Source: an uncultured virus (IMG/VR IMGVR_UViG_3300033068_001295)
Lineage: Duplodnaviria; Heunggongvirae; Uroviricota; Caudoviricetes
Reading direction: 5' to 3' (one strand)
IMG/VR virus record: IMGVR_UViG_3300033068_001295
DNA length: 20,000 nt
Shown here: one piece after another, positions 15,605 through 20,000 of the stretch
How positions within the stretch are numbered: position 1 is the stretch's first letter
How the letters are laid out: each line of letters starts with the position of its first letter
Program-made: the position numbers and the translations under genes
Notes under the pieces: model-generated
Database searches by the model: none
What the model saw: only the letters and a program-made list of their open reading frames with translations
Told to the model about the DNA's origin: nothing

Positions 15605-16095
15605 TCAGGATGAATCTGACTAGAAAGATATAAAAGAAAAATTTTGAGGGATTAGAGTAAAATTGATTGTACGTGGTCTTTTGTGTGTGGGAGTTAAAAT
15701 TTATCATATATGTATCTCTCAAAGAGGACTGAGGGTGATTGCAAGCGTGATGCGGGCACTTTTTTCCCAACCCCTCACCTTGCTATCACTTTCAAATTAT
15801 CGTGCTTTAAATGGCTTTATTTTGAGCTTAGTTTTTGAGGTTTATTTTTATGTTTGTTGTATGTAAGCGTTTAAAGTTATGTTTACTTTTTAGTAGTTAT
15901 GTAAATGTATGTGTTTACTTTTTTCTTTGCTATTTTATTCTTTTTTGCGGAATTTAATATTTTATTTTAATTGTCGAACCTTATTTTTACAAATTAAATG
16001 TAAGAAAATACTTTATTGATAATGTATTTCATCGATGTTTTAGGTATTTAAACGTTTTTTATGTTAAAATTTATTTTTATTGGTATCAGTTGCCG

Positions 16096-16103
16096 TAAGT
16101 TTG
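16096..16103 (+). promoter_or_regulatory. -7 box of a probable early promoter
   Basis: TAAGTTTG upstream of a leader hairpin and ORF 16178; weak -33 element. Confidence 0.45.
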
Positions 16104-16177
16104 TAGTGTTGAAAGCGAGTATTGAAAGCATACTTATTTAACACTTAAATAGGGAACTAATTTTAAAAATCAACATC

Positions 16178-16384
16178 ATGTTACAAATATCAATTCAAGT
16201 AAGAGAAGCGGGCAAAGATTGGGAACAAACGCCAAAAATAATGCACACTTTTAAAACGTGGAGCGAAGTCAGTACATTTGCTTATCGTTTGGCTTTACAA
16301 CACAGTAAGGAAGTAAGAGCCGAGAACAAAGGAAACGGGCATTATTACAGCCCATCGAATGCAAATAATTTTTTAAATTCGTAA
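16178..16384 (+). CDS. Hypothetical early protein
   Basis: 68 aa ORF. Confidence 0.65.
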   Translation: MLQISIQVREAGKDWEQTPKIMHTFKTWSEVSTFAYRLALQHSKEVRAENKGNGHYYSPSNANNFLNS

Positions 16385-16388
16385 TGTT

Positions 16389-16520
16389 ATGAAAAATACC
16401 TTTTATTATAAGCATCGTACGGCTATTGCTTGCATTGCTTTTATTATTTTTTTAGCCGTTTTAATAATGCATTTATTAACTTTGGTTATTGACCAACTAA
16501 CACAAACAGCACCATGTTAA
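16389..16520 (+). CDS. Small single-TM peptide (43 aa)
   Basis: MKNTFYYKHRTAIACIAFIIFLAVLIMHLLTLVID... Confidence 0.5.
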   Translation: MKNTFYYKHRTAIACIAFIIFLAVLIMHLLTLVIDQLTQTAPC

Positions 16521-16663
16521 AAATACAAAGAACCATTGACGGCTTTTATATAGCTGAATTTTTAGGCGGTAATTTATGCGCCTTTACTATCAACGATTTA
16601 ATTTGTCAGTTGTGGCAAATATACGGTTTTAAGTTATCTTTATTTGAATTTAATAATAATTAG
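16514..16663 (+). CDS. Small hypothetical protein (49 aa)
   Basis: MLKIQRTIDGFYIAEFLGG...; overlaps the upstream stop. Confidence 0.5.
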   Translation: MLKIQRTIDGFYIAEFLGGNLCAFTINDLICQLWQIYGFKLSLFEFNNN

Positions 16664-16703
16664 ACCCTTTAATCTTTTTGGCGCGAAAAAAGATAAGAAA
16701 CAG

Positions 16704-16910
16704 ATGAGCATAGAAAACATCACATTTGAAAACGACGATACAATTAAAGATACGTTAACAAAAACAGTCTTATTGCATTGTGGCACAACGGAACTTAAAA
16801 AGCATTTAAAATCTTTGGGTATAGCTAACTACTCTAAAGTTGAGAAAGGTGCGAAAGTAAGTTATATTTTAAGAGGTGATAATATTGGGCGGTTAGTTGT
16901 TACCTTATAA
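16704..16910 (+). CDS. Hypothetical early protein
   Basis: Start moved to ATG 16704 (MSIENITF...). Confidence 0.6.
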   Translation: MSIENITFENDDTIKDTLTKTVLLHCGTTELKKHLKSLGIANYSKVEKGAKVSYILRGDNIGRLVVTL

Positions 16911-16960
16911 ATTTCCCACAAAAACAGCAAAGATAAAACAAAAATAATTAAAAAACAATA

Positions 16961-16991
16961 GTGTATATTAAAAAAGATAATTATATCTTTA
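16961..16991 (+). promoter_or_regulatory. Variant sigma-A promoter (GTG-N20-TATCTTTA)
   Basis: Same 20-nt spacing as the other promoters, with one mismatch in each box. Confidence 0.45.
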
Positions 16992-17014
16992 CACTAACTA
17001 AAAAGATAAGTATT

Positions 17015-17461
17015 ATGAAAACAGTTAACGTATTAGAAGCAATTGCAAACGATGTACAAATTCAAAAAGCAAGTAAAAAAATGAAATGCCCAATGACTAA
17101 CGATGAGTTTTTGTCAACGGCTCAAAATTATATTAATGCTATTCGTGAAGGTCGTATGTTGTGTATTATTCCAAAAGTTTCATCTAGCGGAATGAGTAGA
17201 CAAATTAAATTTCATTCGTTTGAGATTAATACTAAACCTTTAAATCGTGAAAGTGTCGGGTATTATTGTCAATATTGGAGCTTTTTTAAAATGTTAGGCT
17301 ATAGTGAAGCTAGAAACGGTGACGCTTTTACAATCGGTGGCTGTGGTATGGATATGATTTTCCACACAAATTACACAATCATACACAAGTTAACAAGGTT
17401 AGGAATGTTAACGGAAGACGAGTGCAAAACTTTAGCACAAATGACCCCAACGGTTTTATAA
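17015..17461 (+). CDS. Conserved-looking phage protein of unknown function
   Basis: VSSSGMSRQI and GCGMDM motifs; start moved to ATG 17015. Confidence 0.75.
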   Translation: MKTVNVLEAIANDVQIQKASKKMKCPMTNDEFLSTAQNYINAIREGRMLCIIPKVSSSGMSRQIKFHSFEINTKPLNRESVGYYCQYWSFFKMLGYSEARNGDAFTIGGCGMDMIFHTNYTIIHKLTRLGMLTEDECKTLAQMTPTVL

Positions 17462-17482
17462 TTTCGCGCAAAAAAACTAAAA

Positions 17483-17656
17483 ATGGAGGTTTTAACAGCA
17501 CACAGAGAAAAGAAAAGTACTTATAACATGGTAACTACTATCAAAGATAATAACGGTAAAGTAAAAGCTATTTTAAACGGTTATAATCAACCGAATAAAA
17601 ATCAAAAAACAATTACAGTAAGAGGTACAACGTTTAATTTAAAATTTGAAGACTGA
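17483..17656 (+). CDS. Small hypothetical protein (57 aa)
   Basis: MEVLTAHREKK...; TGATG-coupled to the next ORF. Confidence 0.55.
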   Translation: MEVLTAHREKKSTYNMVTTIKDNNGKVKAILNGYNQPNKNQKTITVRGTTFNLKFED

Positions 17657-17826
17657 TGACAATACAAGATAAAATAAACAAGAAAGGTTATAATTTAGTG
17701 GCTAGCTATAACAATGGTATGAGAGTAGGCTATTTTGCAACAAGTAGATTATATAATGTTAAAACAAAGACTTATAAAACACAAACGGAAGTTTTAAAAG
17801 CCTTAAAATCGGCGGGTAAAAACTAA
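17656..17826 (+). CDS. Small basic hypothetical protein (56 aa)
   Basis: MTIQDKINKKGYNLV... Confidence 0.55.
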   Translation: MTIQDKINKKGYNLVASYNNGMRVGYFATSRLYNVKTKTYKTQTEVLKALKSAGKN

Positions 17827-17837
17827 AAACAAAGGTT

Positions 17838-18197
17838 ATGAAAACATACACCATAAACCACATATCAGATAATGACGGAATCAAAACAGTTATTACTTGT
17901 GAAAACATTTCAAAAGTTTGGTATCTCCAATGGTACGACTTCAACCGTGAAATAAAACAAGTTCAAAATATAGAAGTTGTTTCAATAACAGCAGAAGGAT
18001 TTAACCACGCTAAAGACTTGTATAACTTCCATAAGAACCAAGAAAGGTATAGAACCGAAAGCATAAGACTACAAACCAAAATTAATGCCTTAGAAAGCCA
18101 GGTATTGACAAAATTTGGTAAGTTATTGAAAGGGAAACAAAGCAAAAGTAAAATCAATTCTTTTTTGAGGGGTGAAATTTCCGCAAAGAAAAATTAA
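17838..18197 (+). CDS. Hypothetical protein
   Basis: 119 aa ORF. Confidence 0.7.
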   Translation: MKTYTINHISDNDGIKTVITCENISKVWYLQWYDFNREIKQVQNIEVVSITAEGFNHAKDLYNFHKNQERYRTESIRLQTKINALESQVLTKFGKLLKGKQSKSKINSFLRGEISAKKN

Positions 18198-18255
18198 AAA
18201 GTATTAGAAAATAATTTAGTAGTCTAAAATAAAAAGATTACATTTACACCCTAAA

Positions 18256-18565
18256 ACCATAATAACGGGATAAAATGAAATACAAGACTAGACAAAAAAC
18301 CATTTTAACGGTAGAAACTCTAATTAATTGGGCGAATGTTTCTAAACTTTTAACAGGTGGAAGCGATAGAATACGCAAAAATCGCATCCCAAAGGTACAT
18401 GAAAGTAAAATTGAAGAACTTTTAATACTCTTACAATGTTGGAAAGACAATAAAAAGCTATTTAGTGAAGAACAATTGACCCAAGCATTAAGCAAAATTG
18501 ATACAAAAACCATAATAATGGTAGAAATGGGTTTACTCTATAAGGAGTAAAACCATATTAACGGT
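18256..18565. repeat. Four 14-bp quasi-palindromic sites, consensus ACCATWWTAAYGGK
   Basis: Starts at 18256, 18299, 18509 and 18552, each preceded by AAA; spacing 43/210/43. Confidence 0.85.
18275..18550 (+). CDS. Small basic protein, putative DNA-binding regulator
   Basis: LINWANVSKLLTGGSDRIRKNRIPK resembles an HTH-like segment; bracketed by operator-like sites; variant -7 box TACATTTA at 18239-46. Confidence 0.6.
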   Translation: MKYKTRQKTILTVETLINWANVSKLLTGGSDRIRKNRIPKVHESKIEELLILLQCWKDNKKLFSEEQLTQALSKIDTKTIIMVEMGLLYKE

Positions 18566-18592
18566 ATAAATCGCGCATAAAAAAATAAAAAG

Positions 18593-18736
18593 ATGGCTTA
18601 CAACCACTGTAACAACAGAAAAGAAGCAAAGGTATATACAGATAGTTTACTACTGTGTTTAGGTTTAAAAAATAAATGTAAAACCTCGTTAAGGGCAGTG
18701 TTTATAGGGGAGGACAACCCCAACCCAAAATTCTAA
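18593..18736 (+). CDS. Possible small ORF (47 aa)
   Basis: ATG 18593 in an A-rich context. Confidence 0.35.
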   Translation: MAYNHCNNRKEAKVYTDSLLLCLGLKNKCKTSLRAVFIGEDNPNPKF

Positions 18737-18738
18737 CT

Positions 18739-18797
18739 TATCGAGTATCAACTATTATTTATCGTTTATCAATAAATAAGTATCGTTAATCAATAAA
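18739..18797. repeat. Three 21-bp-periodic direct repeats TATCGnnwATCAA
   Basis: TATCGAGTATCAA 18739, TATCGTTTATCAA 18760, TATCGTTAATCAA 18781. Confidence 0.75.
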
Positions 18798-18834
18798 ACA
18801 ACTATTATATTTTAATCATTACAACGTTATAAGT

Positions 18835-19056
18835 ATGGAATCACCACAATTTAAAAACAGTCAGTTGCAATTTGATTTAGAAAAAATACTATCTTACGAT
18901 GATTGGTGTTATACAGACATAACAACAGACTTTAGTAATGGACTAGGTTTTATTTTAGATATTAAAGATAATAGTTATTTTTATTTGAATAAATCGGATA
19001 GAGATTTGGATGACAGTCTTATTATCGAAGTGTTGAAAGATAAGTTTCTTTTTTAA
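18835..19056 (+). CDS. Small acidic hypothetical protein
   Basis: 73 aa, Asp-rich. Confidence 0.65.
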   Translation: MESPQFKNSQLQFDLEKILSYDDWCYTDITTDFSNGLGFILDIKDNSYFYLNKSDRDLDDSLIIEVLKDKFLF

Positions 19057-19112
19057 TTTTCTTTTCGCGGAATTTTTAATGATAATCATTTTATACTAAT
19101 GAGATATTAACT

Positions 19113-19256
19113 ATGGAAGCAAAAGGATATGTATTGCAAGATTTAAGAACAAAGTTTTATTTTTCAAGTCTTTATTCAGATGAATTATTCTACCGTTCAT
19201 TTTCAGACGCTCGTATATTTTTCAGTTTCTTTTTTGCCCGAAATTGTAAAACGTAA
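19113..19256 (+). CDS. Possible small ORF (47 aa)
   Basis: MEAKGYVLQDLRTKFYF... Confidence 0.4.
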   Translation: MEAKGYVLQDLRTKFYFSSLYSDELFYRSFSDARIFFSFFFARNCKT

Positions 19257-19311
19257 GCAAGGTAATAGATTAAGTAAGCATATATTTTAACCATTTTAAG
19301 ACACAAACAAC

Positions 19312-19596
19312 ATGAAAAGTATAACTAACGCACAACAAGAATTAAATGCCCTTAAAAACGATGTTATAGGGATTTATAAACATAGAACTTTAGGAGTATT
19401 TGAATTAGTTTTAAAAATTAATAGAGATGCTGAAACTATTGAAACAATTTTTATTAGTCAATTTGGAGCAATTCAAAGAGGTTTTGGAATCCAATATCAA
19501 CAAGGTATTTTACGAATGTTTGAAGAGGGTAAAAACTTTAACGATATGTTAGATAATCCTTTTGAATGGAATGATTTTATAAATTCCTTTTCTTAG
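19312..19596 (+). CDS. Hypothetical protein
   Basis: 94 aa ORF. Confidence 0.7.
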   Translation: MKSITNAQQELNALKNDVIGIYKHRTLGVFELVLKINRDAETIETIFISQFGAIQRGFGIQYQQGILRMFEEGKNFNDMLDNPFEWNDFINSFS

Positions 19597-19613
19597 TCCT
19601 TTTTCGCCCGAAA

Positions 19614-19645
19614 TTTGTTTTATTAAAAACTTTGTATTATCTTTG
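19614..19645 (+). promoter_or_regulatory. Bacteroidota sigma-A promoter
   Basis: TTTG 19614-17, 20-nt spacer, TATCTTTG 19638-45. Confidence 0.8.
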
Positions 19646-19673
19646 AATATTATTAACTAAAAAATTAGAAATT

Positions 19674-20000
19674 ATGAAATTAGAAACATTAACAAAAGAC
19701 CAAGAAGATTTAATTATTACAACTCATAATGAGTGGATAAACAGATTTAATAATACTAAAAGAATTAATCAAAAACAATTTAAAAAGGGTATTAAGTGGT
19801 TATATGAAGATTTACTTAAAAAGAAAAATCCAAAAGTATTGTATTGTGAAAGTTGGTTAGAAGCATTAATAACTATTCATGTTTTGCAAAACCACAAAGG
19901 GGCTAATGTTAGGGATAATGTTGGGGCTAATGTTAGGGATAATGTTGGGGATAATGTTGGGGCTAATGTTTGGGATAATGTTGGGGCTAATGTTAGGGAT
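19674..20000 (+). CDS. 3'-truncated tetrapeptide-repeat protein, DUF6745-like architecture
   Basis: MKLETLTKDQEDLI...EWI...GIKWLY...PKVLYCES, then (G/R/W)(A/D)NV repeats; runs off the window. Confidence 0.7.
   Translation, partial: MKLETLTKDQEDLIITTHNEWINRFNNTKRINQKQFKKGIKWLYEDLLKKKNPKVLYCESWLEALITIHVLQNHKGANVRDNVGANVRDNVGDNVGANVWDNVGANVRD
19899..20000 (+). repeat. 12-bp coding tandem repeat DGGGMTAATGTT (at least 8.5 units)
   Basis: Encodes GANV/RDNV/GDNV/WDNV; varies only at unit positions 1 and 5. Confidence 0.95.

Larger units (their letters stand above)
15493..16177. other. Long non-coding region (candidate genome terminus/packaging, origin or ncRNA locus)
   Basis: No credible ORF; C-runs, a long hairpin, and a T-rich + strand that contrasts with the A-rich coding DNA. 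Confidence 0.55.

Noticed and set aside
15576..15866. ORFs 15576-15770 (-) and 15663-15866 (+)
   Set aside because: Atypical composition, no credible start context, and they overlap the hairpin region; more likely non-coding.
16106..16129. Solitary CRISPR repeat or RNA anti-CRISPR (ATTGAAAG ending)
   Set aside because: Only the 8-nt terminal word resembles a repeat, with no full-length repeat or spacer; better explained as part of a leader hairpin.
2093..18513. Minus-strand ORFs in the track (e.g. 2093-2437, 2712-3086, 5214-5492, 14075-14470, 18244-18513)
   Set aside because: They are antisense shadows of + strand genes, rich in Ser/Phe/Leu/Ile, with no motifs; all recognised promoters point to the + strand.
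19899..20000. CRISPR array or DGR variable region
   Set aside because: The 12-bp units are contiguous with no spacers and in frame within a CDS; no reverse transcriptase or template repeat is in the window.
1..20000. Stop-codon reassignment (as in some crAss-like phages)
   Set aside because: TAA, TAG and TGA all end genes at tight gene junctions, long genes are intact in code 11, and the two internal stops found are TAA, the commonest terminator.

Overview
AT-rich segment (roughly 30% GC by eye) of a large dsDNA phage genome with every credible gene on the + strand. The host is most likely in Bacteroidota (Flavobacterium-like): there are repeated TTTG-N20-TAnnTTTG sigma-A promoters, no obvious Shine-Dalgarno sequences, A-rich start contexts and an SSB-like 'LPF' tail. 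Positions 1-15.5 kb carry recombination, nucleotide and host-interaction genes. These include an HNH nuclease, RecA-like recombinase, UvsY-like protein, a second HNH nuclease, a dATP/dGTP diphosphohydrolase domain, SSB, a GroEL with no GroES in the window, a membrane/LysM trio, an HD/PDE-like hydrolase, a minimal kinase, a T5orf172 nuclease, a CAP protein and a ClpP-like protein. A ~680 bp non-coding segment (15.5-16.2 kb) with a long hairpin separates these from an early-type region of small ORFs that ends in a DUF6745-like tetrapeptide-repeat protein. The most unusual sequence-level signals are: (i) four 14-bp quasi-palindromes in exact 43/210/43-bp phase bracketing a small basic gene at 18275-18550; (ii) a dispersed T-tract/GC-core/A-tract motif with ~25-30 copies; (iii) three 21-bp-periodic iteron-like repeats; (iv) two pseudoknot-type RNA candidates. 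All protein calls come from recognising motifs by eye, not from database searches.
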